DNA of 64,000 nt from Rebecca billardiae RCC1528. Its lineage: Eukaryota; Protista; Haptophyta. The stretch covers positions 2,542,001 to 2,606,000 of the forward strand of contig OZ251226.1 of the NCBI GenBank assembly GCA_965240325.2. Direction: 5' to 3'. The notes below the pieces were generated by a model. The model saw nothing but the letters and a program-made list of their open reading frames with translations. It did not search any database and had not been told where the DNA came from. Positions 1 to 9,981 of this stretch are shown here, in pieces (the stretch's first letter is position 1; the number at the start of each line of letters is the position of its first letter). Made by a program: the position numbers and the translations under genes.

Positions 1-1
1 A

Positions 2-364
2 GCGCCGATGCGCGCGCTGCACGCAGCCGAGCCGGCGGTGCTCGCGCACATCATGAAGACAGCACGCCGAACCGAGTCCGGCGGCTTCGACCTGTACGCG
101 CTGACGGGCCCGGGCGGGCTCCTCGCCATCAAGGAGGCCATGGACCAAGGTCTGGCCGTGACGGCTGCGCCGAGCGTGCCTCGGCGCGCGCTCGCGCTCG
201 CTGCCACGTATGGATGGCTGATGGTGGTTGCCACCATCGCCGGTGCGGCGAATACGCTCGGCGTCGTCACCCGCTTCGTGACGACAGCATCTGGCGCCAT
301 GACAGCCGCAGCTGCCGCGCTACACCTTGGAGGAGCGTTGGCGTCGTGTGTGCCGAACGTTTGA
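2..364 (+). CDS. 3' part of a hypothetical membrane protein, probably truncated by the window edge
   Basis: The frame is open from the window start, with an ATG at 8 and TGA at 362-364. Codon usage is GC3-rich, the C-terminal segments are hydrophobic, and AT-richer spacer follows. Confidence 0.5.
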   Translation, partial: APMRALHAAEPAVLAHIMKTARRTESGGFDLYALTGPGGLLAIKEAMDQGLAVTAAPSVPRRALALAATYGWLMVVATIAGAANTLGVVTRFVTTASGAMTAAAAALHLGGALASCVPNV

Positions 365-1658
365 CCCTGCCAACCACGACCGTGGTGAATTTTACTATTA
401 CGCTGCATCAACTATCGTCAAGTGCATGACGAACACGGACAGCATGATCACGAGACTCTGGCGCGGATCGGTGGCGTCAGCTAGCAGCGCCAGTCATTCG
501 ACCGCAGCAGATAACGGTTATGGCTCGCGGGCTGCGATAGTTATCTGATGAATAATTAAATGTATTAACTTAATAACTTTCTAGTAAAATAGTAAGCCGG
601 ACGCAATCGGTATAAGCTCCGAACTCCGAAGTCCGACGTTATAAGCTATATACTCAATCAAGTGCAACTGGGACTTATCACTAGTCACTACTGCGCAATA
701 CGGATCTGCATATATCACTTATCAGATCACTGCTTCGCCTTATGCTAGACTGAAACTGAGAGTGAGTGACCGAGCCGACTGATTGGCTGGTTCACATCGC
801 TATACGCACACTGTCCCACTATGACTATTAACGTCCTCGCCGGCGGCCTGGCGGCCGGCCCGGTCACGGCCCCGCGGCCGCAGCCGCTCGGGCGCCGCCG
901 GCCGGGTGCGGCGCGCGCCTAGCCTGGACTCCATCAAGTCACGTACGACAGCACGGCCGGCGCTTCTGACCACTGGCACAGTGCGCAGGCCTGCTGCATC
1001 ATGCACCAATGCCACTGATTTGCGCTCCAAAAGTGCCCCAACTTTGCTTCGGCTCGCCTGCCTGGCCTGAAAGACTCAGCGGGGGGCTCTGCCACCCTGC
1101 GCCCCCCGCGTCTGCGCGGCGGGCGGCGGACCTAAGAAACTGAGAGTGAGACTAGTGGTCTAGCTACGTAGGCGCTCTGGCTACCGAACGTCTAAGAAAC
1201 CGATCGGAGACTACTGTCACTACCAGCAGTGAGATCGATCTGACTTCTTATTGCCAGCGATAGTGCGCCTGTATGTATGCATAATCAGTGCTGGCTAGTG
1301 CTGCCATCAGTGCCCATGATGGCCATTGCCCTGGCATTTTGGCATTCTGCTGTCTGCTGCAAGGCGCAACACTGCCACTGGTGTGGTCCCCTCACCCCTG
1401 GCATAGGTGCCAGTAGTGCGCCCGGCGTTGCCGTTGGCAATGCGGTTGACAGAGTTGGCCCTGAATCTCCTACCCTACCCCGATTCCGTCTCGTCATATG
1501 GCGTGTGTGTGCCCTCAGAGCGGCGAATTATCCATGTCTGACCCTTAACTGGATTCCAGCACTTCTGTGCGCTGACGGCTGGCGAGACCCAAAACCGCCT
1601 CCGAGCGAGTGATAGCAATGTCAAGGGCGTTCCCGGGATCCTGCCACACGCTCCCGAA

Positions 1659-1689
1659 AGCAATGCCCCCCCCTGGGGGGGGCATTGCT
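1659..1689. repeat. Perfect 15-bp inverted repeat (hairpin)
   Basis: AGCAATGCCCCCCCC-T-GGGGGGGGCATTGCT is read directly from the sequence. Confidence 0.9.
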
Positions 1690-2164
1690 ACCGGACTGGC
1701 GCGGGCCGTAATCAAATGTACCCGCTTGAAATAGAGGAAGCCACTTTCAATAGGAACGCGGTTCGATTTGGCGTATGACCAGTGCGGGGAACGCCCCTGG
1801 CTCGCGGCTGTATCGGTGTCTATGTTTAATCCCTAACCCGATATTCCACTGCATATATGTGCGCTGGCGGCTGGCGTTGACCCTAAACCTCCCCCTAGTG
1901 ATCGCGTGTGCGCTGCCGATTCGGTAACGGCTACCCCGTCGACTTTTCATAGTATAAATTGCGTAAAAATGGCGCGGCGGTGATCAAAATAAGTGATGCG
2001 CCCGGATTGCCCGCGCCAAAATTACGCGACGCCTTTTTCGGTTTGGCCAAATCCGCCGCCGCCGCCTAACCATCCATTATAATATTGTCAGCGGACGTGA
2101 AACCGCTGCTGCTGCCGCGCGCACCCCTATCCTTGCCCACGGCCCGGAGCGCGAGGCGGCCCCG

Positions 2165-4141
2165 ATGCGCGCGCGCACGAGCGGCTTCGGCACGAGCGCG
2201 CGTCGCGACGTGCCGTCGCACCCCCACATCCACGGCATCGTCGCGCCGGGCCCGGGCCGGTACCACGTCTGGTCGAGCCACGACAACTGCTCGCCGTACG
2301 ACGCGCTGTCCGGCCTGGACAAGGGGCGCACGGCCGTGGTCGCGCCCACGCCCCACGACGTGGCGTCTCGGCGCACGGCGGGGCTCGCGACGGAGGCACG
2401 CCGAGCGGTGATGCACCGCGACCACGACGCGCGCAACCTCGCCAGCCGGCACGTCAACATGCACACGGACGGTGTCGTTGGCGACGAGTCGCAGCGCGCG
2501 ATCGCTCGCGCCGCCAAGCAGCTCAACAAGTATGGCTCGGTGCCGATGCACTCGATCGCCGACCTGAACGGTGGGCAGAGCGTCGGCCCAGCAACGGACG
2601 GGGCCGACCTGCGCCGCGCGCGCGACGAGTTTGAGCGCCTGGCCCCGAGCGACGACGCCGAGCTGCGCGGCACCGGCTCGGAGTGGGAGCGCCGCCGCTC
2701 GTCGCCCGCGGCCGCCTCCGGCTGGGCGGGGCGGTCGAGCGGGGGCTACGAGCCGTACTCGTCTGAGCCGCACGGAGCGCCGACGTACCCGTACGACCCG
2801 TACGCCTCGTACGCGCCCCCGCCCCCGCCCCGCCCCACCGCCGCCGCCGCCGGCGTGTACGACCCCGACCTGGTGTACGAGCAGGCGCGGCGCGACACGC
2901 TGCGCGGCACCGGCCCTGCGCCGTACGCGCCGCCCGACGGGGGCGGGCGGCGGCCGCGCTCGCCGGTGCTGGCACGGCCCGCGTCTGCGTCGGTGGTCGG
3001 GTGGCACGACTCGCCGTCGCCCGCGCACCCGCCGCCGCCGCGCACGCCCGACCCGCGCCCCTCCGGCTGGGTGGAGCACCGCCTCGGCTCGTCCGCCGCC
3101 AGGCGCGGCGCGCGCGCGCTCGGCCGCTCAGACACGGAGCGCGACTGGGAGCTGCGCGCGTGGTACCTGACGCCGCACCTGGGCGGCGTGTCGTCGCAGC
3201 AGGTGGACGCGCTCGAGGGCTCGCTGCGCAAGCTCGTCGAGCAGCTCGAGGTCACCGCGGGCAACCGCACCAAGGCGATGCGCCGGCTGTTTGCAGACTT
3301 CCCGTCGGGCGCGCGCGCGCTTTACGACGGCGGCATCAGCGCCTCCGAGTTCGAGTCGATGCTCGTGCACCTGCGCGTGCAGTGGGCGACGGCGGCGACG
3401 GCGCGCGCGCTGTTCGAGCGGTACGACTTCGACGGCTCGACGCTCCTCAGCGCGCCCGAGCTCGAGGCCATGCTCTTCCGCGCGTCCGAGGGCTCGCGCG
3501 CGCGCGTCGCGATCGGCCGAGTGCGCGAGGCGCTGGCCGCGCGCGGCGCGTCAGGCCTCAAGGAGATGAAGGACACGATCAAGCAGTTCCGCGTGTTCGA
3601 CGCGGACGGCTCGAGCTACATCGACCGGGACGAGTTCCGCCGGGGCATGAGCATCTGCCTCCGCGGCACCGACATCTGGCCGCTCAGCCGGCAGGACGAG
3701 GAGGCGCTGTTCAAGACGTTCGACCACAACGGCGACGGCAAGATTGCCTTTGAGGAGCTTGCGCGCACCGTGCGCAACCCGATGGCGGGCGAGCGGCGCG
3801 CGGCGGTGCTGCGCGCGTACGACGGGCTGTGCGCGCGGCTCGGCGCGGACCCGCGCGTGGGCATCGTCCTCGCCGACATCGGCCGCGAGTACGACGCCTC
3901 GATGCACCCGGACGTGCAGTCCGGGCGCGCGACGCGCGACGAGGTGCTGCGCGCGTACCTCGACGGCTTCAACAAGAACGAGGACGAGCTCGTCACGCTC
4001 GACGAGTTTGTCGAGTACTACACGTGGCTCAACTGGTGCGTGGAGGACGACAAGGCGTTCCTCGACATGGTGTACCACTCGCTCAATCCCGAGGACTCGC
4101 GCTGGGGCCCCAGGCGGGGCGCCGGCCGCGAGGTGCGGTAG
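2165..4141 (+). CDS. EF-hand calcium-binding protein (calcyphosin-like C-terminus; N-terminal PGPGxY motif)
   Basis: EF loops DFDGSTLLSAPE, DADGSSYIDRDE, DHNGDGKIAFEE and NKNEDELVTLDE; calcyphosin-like YDASMHPDV...EFVEYY...DDKAF tail; strong codon bias. Confidence 0.88.
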   Translation: MRARTSGFGTSARRDVPSHPHIHGIVAPGPGRYHVWSSHDNCSPYDALSGLDKGRTAVVAPTPHDVASRRTAGLATEARRAVMHRDHDARNLASRHVNMHTDGVVGDESQRAIARAAKQLNKYGSVPMHSIADLNGGQSVGPATDGADLRRARDEFERLAPSDDAELRGTGSEWERRRSSPAAASGWAGRSSGGYEPYSSEPHGAPTYPYDPYASYAPPPPPRPTAAAAGVYDPDLVYEQARRDTLRGTGPAPYAPPDGGGRRPRSPVLARPASASVVGWHDSPSPAHPPPPRTPDPRPSGWVEHRLGSSAARRGARALGRSDTERDWELRAWYLTPHLGGVSSQQVDALEGSLRKLVEQLEVTAGNRTKAMRRLFADFPSGARALYDGGISASEFESMLVHLRVQWATAATARALFERYDFDGSTLLSAPELEAMLFRASEGSRARVAIGRVREALAARGASGLKEMKDTIKQFRVFDADGSSYIDRDEFRRGMSICLRGTDIWPLSRQDEEALFKTFDHNGDGKIAFEELARTVRNPMAGERRAAVLRAYDGLCARLGADPRVGIVLADIGREYDASMHPDVQSGRATRDEVLRAYLDGFNKNEDELVTLDEFVEYYTWLNWCVEDDKAFLDMVYHSLNPEDSRWGPRRGAGREVR

Positions 4142-4434
4142 GCGAGTAGAAGGCTCGGCAGCGCCGGGCGTGCGCCGCACGGCAAACGCCGAGGACCCGC
4201 TAATGACCCGCGGCCGGTCGCGGCCGCGCTCGCCAGTCTGCTTGGCTGGTGCGCAGCAGCGAGCACGAGTGCAGTGGCTGATCTAGGGATCCACTGGCCA
4301 TCAGCGCGGCTGCGCGCAGCCGCCGCCGACCGCCAGCCTCTGCCGTCGGACCATCATTGCTAGAGTCTGTCAGTCGTAACAAAGTTGTGCACCGCGTGCT
4401 GATGAACACCGTGGCACTGACTCTCAAGTGAATA

Positions 4435-4479
4435 CTCGCCTGCCTGAGCTGTGTGCGTCTCTTATTCTTAGTAACTGTA
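4435..4479. repeat. Dispersed short element, copy A
   Basis: CTCGCCTGCCTGAGCTGTGTGCGTCTCTTATTCTTAGTAA-CTGTA matches the reverse complement of 26310-26355 except for a 1-nt deletion. Confidence 0.92.
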
Positions 4480-4630
4480 CTGTCATTCGGATCGTCGATC
4501 CGGCACCCGTGCGTCCCCTCGGTCCCCTGGTCCGGCCCACAGAGTCCTGGTCGCCGGGGTGACTGAACCGTCGCCCGAAGCATCTGTGGTGCAGCCGGGC
4601 ACCTGCTGGGACCGACGCGCGGGACACAGC

Positions 4631-5446
4631 ATGCACGCTGCCGGCACCTTGCTCGCATGCCTGCTCGGCGCCGGAGCGGCGCCACGCATGCGGCCGTCGC
4701 TGACCCTCTCCACCCCACTCAAAACGCATGTCCGCGTGCGAATGTCCTCGGAGGACATTGACGAGTCGGGCGCACAGTCGTCGTCTGGGATGCCCGCGAT
4801 GCTCGAGCGGCGGGTGCCGTACGAGCAGCAGGCGGTCGTGCAGCTGAAGGAGCTTCAGGACGGCGCCTTCTACGACTGGGCCACGCTCCCTGTGGGTGCG
4901 CTGATCCCACGCTTCGCCGTGGTGTACGTCCTCTTCGCCGGCGTGGGTGGCTTTGTCGCGACGGGCACATATGACTTCCCAGACGAGCTGCTGCAGATTG
5001 CGCTCGCGGGCAACGTGGGCGGGGTGTTCATGACGCTGCTCTTCATGCTGCGCATCTACTCGGGCTGGTCGTACGTCAGCGAGCGGCTCAGCATGCCCGT
5101 GCTCGACTACGAAGAGTCGAGCTGGGCCGACGGCTTTGAGGCGAAAAAGCCGGACGAGGTGCGGGCACGCGACCAGTACCTCAACGAGTTCACGGTCAAG
5201 CCCGTCCTCGGCAAGCTGCGCCCGCTCGTCGGCGCGACTGCGGGCGCAGCGCTTCTCTCAGTTGTCGCCTTGAAGGTGCTCGGTGGCGCGCCCGAGGAGC
5301 CGTACAGCCCCGAATACCTCTCCAACCTCAGCATGGATGACAAAGCCGCTGAGCGCGAGCGCGCGCGCGCGGCCAAGGTGGGCAAGCCGGCCTACTGCCA
5401 GGACCGCTACTACAAGGTGGTTGCGGGGGGCAATGGCTGCGACTAG
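4631..5446 (+). CDS. CGLD27: CGLD27/Ycf36-like (DUF1230) plastid membrane protein
   Basis: Motifs VPYEQQAVVQLKELQDGAFYDWA, LRIYSGWSYVSERL and DYEESSWADG; the N-terminus from ATG 4631 looks like signal peptide + transit peptide. The ORF track starts at GTG 4559. Confidence 0.88.
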   Translation: MHAAGTLLACLLGAGAAPRMRPSLTLSTPLKTHVRVRMSSEDIDESGAQSSSGMPAMLERRVPYEQQAVVQLKELQDGAFYDWATLPVGALIPRFAVVYVLFAGVGGFVATGTYDFPDELLQIALAGNVGGVFMTLLFMLRIYSGWSYVSERLSMPVLDYEESSWADGFEAKKPDEVRARDQYLNEFTVKPVLGKLRPLVGATAGAALLSVVALKVLGGAPEEPYSPEYLSNLSMDDKAAERERARAAKVGKPAYCQDRYYKVVAGGNGCD

Positions 5447-7959
5447 GTGCTGAGCGTACCCGCGGCCAAAGCGTCCTCAACGTCGAACCACCTCTACTTA
5501 TTTCGCCTGATGCTGCGCTGCATGTTGCATACGTATGAGCAGCAGCACGCAGGAGCTGTACAGTGTACACGCGCAAGCCGCGCGTCTTGCAGCTTGCCCG
5601 CTTAGCTTGGCCTTGGGCGGCAACGCGGCGCGAGTTGCGATGATGCTCTTTGGAAGGCACAAGTTGCGCCTGACAACGAGGCGGGCATCGCATTACTACT
5701 AAGAGTTGTCGTGGTATAGTATATTCGTCATGCATAGCATATCGCGTAGAGTCATCGTGAATTTCACCGTCGGACCGCGTCCACCCGCGCATTATATAAT
5801 ATATTATTATATACTTATTTTATTCTATTAATCTATATACTTTTATGGCCCGCGGTGCAGGGCGGAACGCGCAGCGTGGAGCCCGCTCCGTGGGCCCTAA
5901 CCACGTTTCAAAAAGATCTTTGATCAAAGAAAAAAGGGACGGGGCGGTGTTTTCCAGACTCAGAGTGGAGGAGACCGAGTAACGAGTTTCGATTTTTTGA
6001 GACCTCCCGTTACACATGGATTAGCGTCGAAACAGGTCGCGTCCGCCGTCTTGAATAGTGAACAGAGGAATCAACGAAACCCACGCCCAAGTGTGCCAGA
6101 CTGGGTAAATTTTGTGGGTAGACTCTCGTTCTAGTGTGACCATAGTAAAATAATATGGCCTCGCCGCCGCAATATGCCAAGAACGACCGTTGACATAATC
6201 GTCCAACCAACTCCAATAGTGCGAGACATTGAAAAATACCCGCCGCAGCTATCGTCCGTATAGTCGGAGCCGGAGGGGGCGCGCGCGGCTAAAGGGCCGA
6301 GCCACTATAAGTGTCAGGTTACCCAGATCGCGCGGAGTTAAAAACCCATCGTTTTGGTCAAAACTGGGCGCAAAGTCTGGTCTTTCTGCCGGCGGATCGC
6401 GTGATCGGTGATGGCAGAGGAGCACTGCAGCTGCGCCTTCTCCCCCGGGCGACCCGGCGCCAGCGGCGCGGCGCGCGCGCGGCTGCGACTCGGCGCTCGC
6501 GCTCGACCCGTACGACAGCCGCACCGGACTCGCTGCGCCCCTTGGCTCGCTTGCCCACAGAGCGCCGCGCGGACCTGGCATGCGGGCCGCGGGCCATGCC
6601 CAAGGTACCAATCATCAAATTTGTGCGACGCCGCTAGCGGCGAGGTTGGCACCGGCGACGAGTAGGATGGGACATGGGTTCTTGACCTCCGCACGTCCCA
6701 CGCGGAAGTCAAGAGCGCGTCGGAGCGGCCGGGGACCGCGACCTCGTCGCTGCCGCCGTCGCACAAATTCGCGCACGTCGGCCGTGGGCACGTTGCCGCA
6801 CGATGGCGGCTGCCTGACAGTTATAGTGGCTTAACCCCTTAGTCATCCCCGCGTTTTGTATGTACATCCGGGAGACGAGGCGTCGCGAAGGCGCCCCCCT
6901 CGCCCCTCGCCGAGCCGACCCCCGCCGCCCGGGGGCGGGCTGCTGGGCGCACGAGCGCGAGCTGACCACCGGCGTGAAGCCGAGGTGGAGCCAACTCGTC
7001 CTTCAGCTCGCAGGCGGCCCGGCTCCTGCGGCCGACCGCCCTGCTCGGGCATCCGCCTGCCTGCTTTGGCGGCGGAGGCAAAACCGTACGGCCTAGCCCG
7101 CCGCCGCCACGCGGCGGCCAGTCGGGGTGTCGTGTCGCGATTTGCGGGTGCGCGCCTCGCGGGGCAGGTGGCACTGTCCCGCCCGAGCGGTTCCGACCCC
7201 CGAAATTCCCTCGCAAGCGCCCGCGAACGCGGATCCTCGCCGCGGGCTCGCCGGGGCCCATGTGCGCACCCGGGTGCCCCTGTCGAGCCAGTCTGGTGCG
7301 AGCACCGAAGGATGGTGCGGGCCGGGAGGCGTGGTGTGCGACGCCACCGAGGCCGCGGGCCAGCTAGGCACCGCTTGCGCGCCCACCAGTAGCCTGTGGC
7401 CCGACCACGCGTTCAACCGTGGCACCCGATGGCAGTCACGGTGCTCTGCGCCTGCGGCTGGAGCGCGCTGTGCGCTCAGACGCGAGCGGCCGCCAAGTTG
7501 CCGGGTAGACGCCGTGCGCACGCTCTGGCAGCTGCGGATCAGCATCCTGCGAAGCTCTGCTGCCCCCACCTGAATGCTCGCACCACCCACCACGCGGCCA
7601 GCCGGCCGCGCGCGCCGCGCGGCCACCGTCACCCGACGACTGCGAGCCTTGGGATAGCTACTGCGCGTATATTGTGTGCTGCTCAACGTGGGTGATGACA
7701 GCACAGCTGCGCCGCGGGCCACCAACTACGTTGGTTCTGACGGAAGAGGACCGCGGAACGCGCGGTCATTGGACAGCATCATCGAAATGATATGCCGACG
7801 ATATGTATCCGTTATATTGGATGATGACGAAGTAGGATTCTTGTCTCAGTAGTTGTCTCGGCCTCGGGCTCCCGCTTAGCGGCCAGCCTCAGCCGAGCTT
7901 GACGACTCAGGCTCAGCGCCGAGCACGGGCTGCTAGCTAGCGGCGAGGTCCGGGTCCGA

Positions 7960-9481
7960 TTACTGCTTGACGGGTGGACGAACCTGCGCATACGATGACG
8001 GAGAGTCGCTGCCCCCCCAAGCAGAGCCACTCCCTACACCCGCCGCAGGGCCCTGGCCAGGCGCGCGCACGAGCGAATCCAATTCGGCGCCACTCGCCGC
8101 GTCGGACGCGGAGCCGCTGTCCGCCGCAGCCAGTGCTGCCGCGACGCGCGCGCGCCACTCAATGTCCGCGCGACAGATGGGGCACGAGTCGAGCTGGTCC
8201 GCGCACTCGCCGCAGAGGGCGATGTGCCCACACGGCGCGAGCACCGTGTCGATGGCGCGGTCAAAGCACACGACACACTCCGCGTCGTCGCCCGCCACGC
8301 GGTACACATGGCCCAGGCCGCCGTTCCGCAGGTGGTGCGGCGGCAGCGGGCCTTCGTGCCATCCGCCCTCGCGGCCTCCCGGCGGCGGCGCCGCCGCGTA
8401 GGGCGGCGGTGGCGCCGACGGCATCGGCGGCGCGGAGGGCGCAGGCGGCGCGAGGCCAGCGCTCGCTGCGCACGCCGCCGGCATCGGCGGCGCGGACGGC
8501 GCGGGCAACGGCGGGATGGCGAGGGGCCACAGGTGGAAGTGGCCGCGCCCCGAGTAGAGCAGCGCTGAGACGGACCACACGCCTCGCACGCCCTGCGACC
8601 ACGCGCTGCCGACGCCGTAGCCCGTGTACAGCACGGAGTGGCCCATGTTCTCGGACGGGTCGCCGGTGCCGCGCTGGTAGACCTTCCACAGTCGCAGCCG
8701 CCCCGAGTGCGCGTCGAAGCGCCCCGAGAGGGCGTACGCCCCCACGGCGTCGGTGCCACTGCCGCGCACCTGACCGCCCGATTCGAACGTGAGCGCGAAC
8801 GTGAAGAGCGCGTGCCGCTGGCCGTACTGCTGGTAGTACCCGCTCCAGGTGCCCGAGGGCGGGAGCGCGGAGTACGCGGGCGGCGCGTCGAGCGACTCCG
8901 CCGCGGCCTGCCACGCTGGGCTGCCCGGCGGCGGCGCTGTCGCCGCGAGCAGCGGCGCCTCGCCGCGCGCGGCCGGGCCGCCGCCCGGCCGCGCCGCGCC
9001 GGACGAGCGCGCTCGCGCCCACGCGAGCCGCGCGTGCGCCAGGCGGTTGCGGGCAACGCGAAGCGCGAAGAGCGCGACGAGTAGCATCGACGGCAGCAGC
9101 GCGACCACCCAGCGCCACGCGCTCACGCCGCGCTCGAACTGCGGCGGCGCGGAGGGCCGGTGCGGCTGATACCAGCATGGGCGCTCGGCGCCGCGTGGCC
9201 ACTCGGCGAGCGCGTGCTCTGCGTGCGCGCGGCCCCTCGAGGAGAAGAAGGAGTGCGAGCCGATCCGCCGGCCCGCTTCGACCTCCGCCTCCGACGGACC
9301 CGGCCCGTACTCCTTCAACACGGCCGCACGGCGGCGCTCGCCCGCTTGGGTCGTGAACTCGACCTCGGAGCGCACGCTGTAGCACACGCCGCACGTGAGG
9401 TGCATCTGCGGCGTGCCCCACTCGATGCAGTGCCGCGTGCACGACGTGCGGCTGGCGCCGCCACCGCCTCCGCCACGGCTC

Positions 9482-9523
<42 letters not shown>

Positions 9524-9966
9524 GCGCCCTGGAGTCGGCGGCGCGTGCACACGTCACGGGCGCAGCACGACCTGGAATGATCGCAGCAGCTCTCGGGGAA
9601 GAAGGGGCGCGACGCGCGGGCGTCCTCGAGCCACCTGTCGTCATCGTACGCGCCACACCCTTCGAGGAAGCAGCCGTAGCGGCAGCGCACCTTGTATGAC
9701 CGGCAGCACACGTGCTCCTCGAGAGACGCGCGCGCGATCTTGCACCCTGCTCCCACGGCAGGCTCTGCGCCCGCATCGCGGACGGTGGGCGGCACGATGA
9801 GAGTGCAGACCAGGATGACCGTGAGGATGCCCACTGCGACGATCACGCTGCACAAGCAGGCGTGCGCCGGGTGCCCACGCGCCTGACGGCGCCAGCGCGC
9901 GACGGGACCACTCCTCGGCAGCCGGCCCCTTGCCATGGCTACAATAAGTAGCGGATTCAGTCTCAT
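7960..9966 (-). CDS. Membrane-anchored C3HC4 RING E3 ubiquitin ligase-like protein
   Basis: C-terminal CVVCFDRAIDTVLAPCGHIALCGECADQLDSCPICR (IAP/zf-C3HC4_3 type); two TM helices flank a Cys-rich loop. The start may be ATG 9936. Confidence 0.85.
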
Positions 9967-9981
9967 TCAGAATGGCGGGTC

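Noticed and set aside
1829-1890. CCCTAA/CCCTAAA words as telomeric repeats
   Set aside because: They are isolated single occurrences, not tandem arrays.
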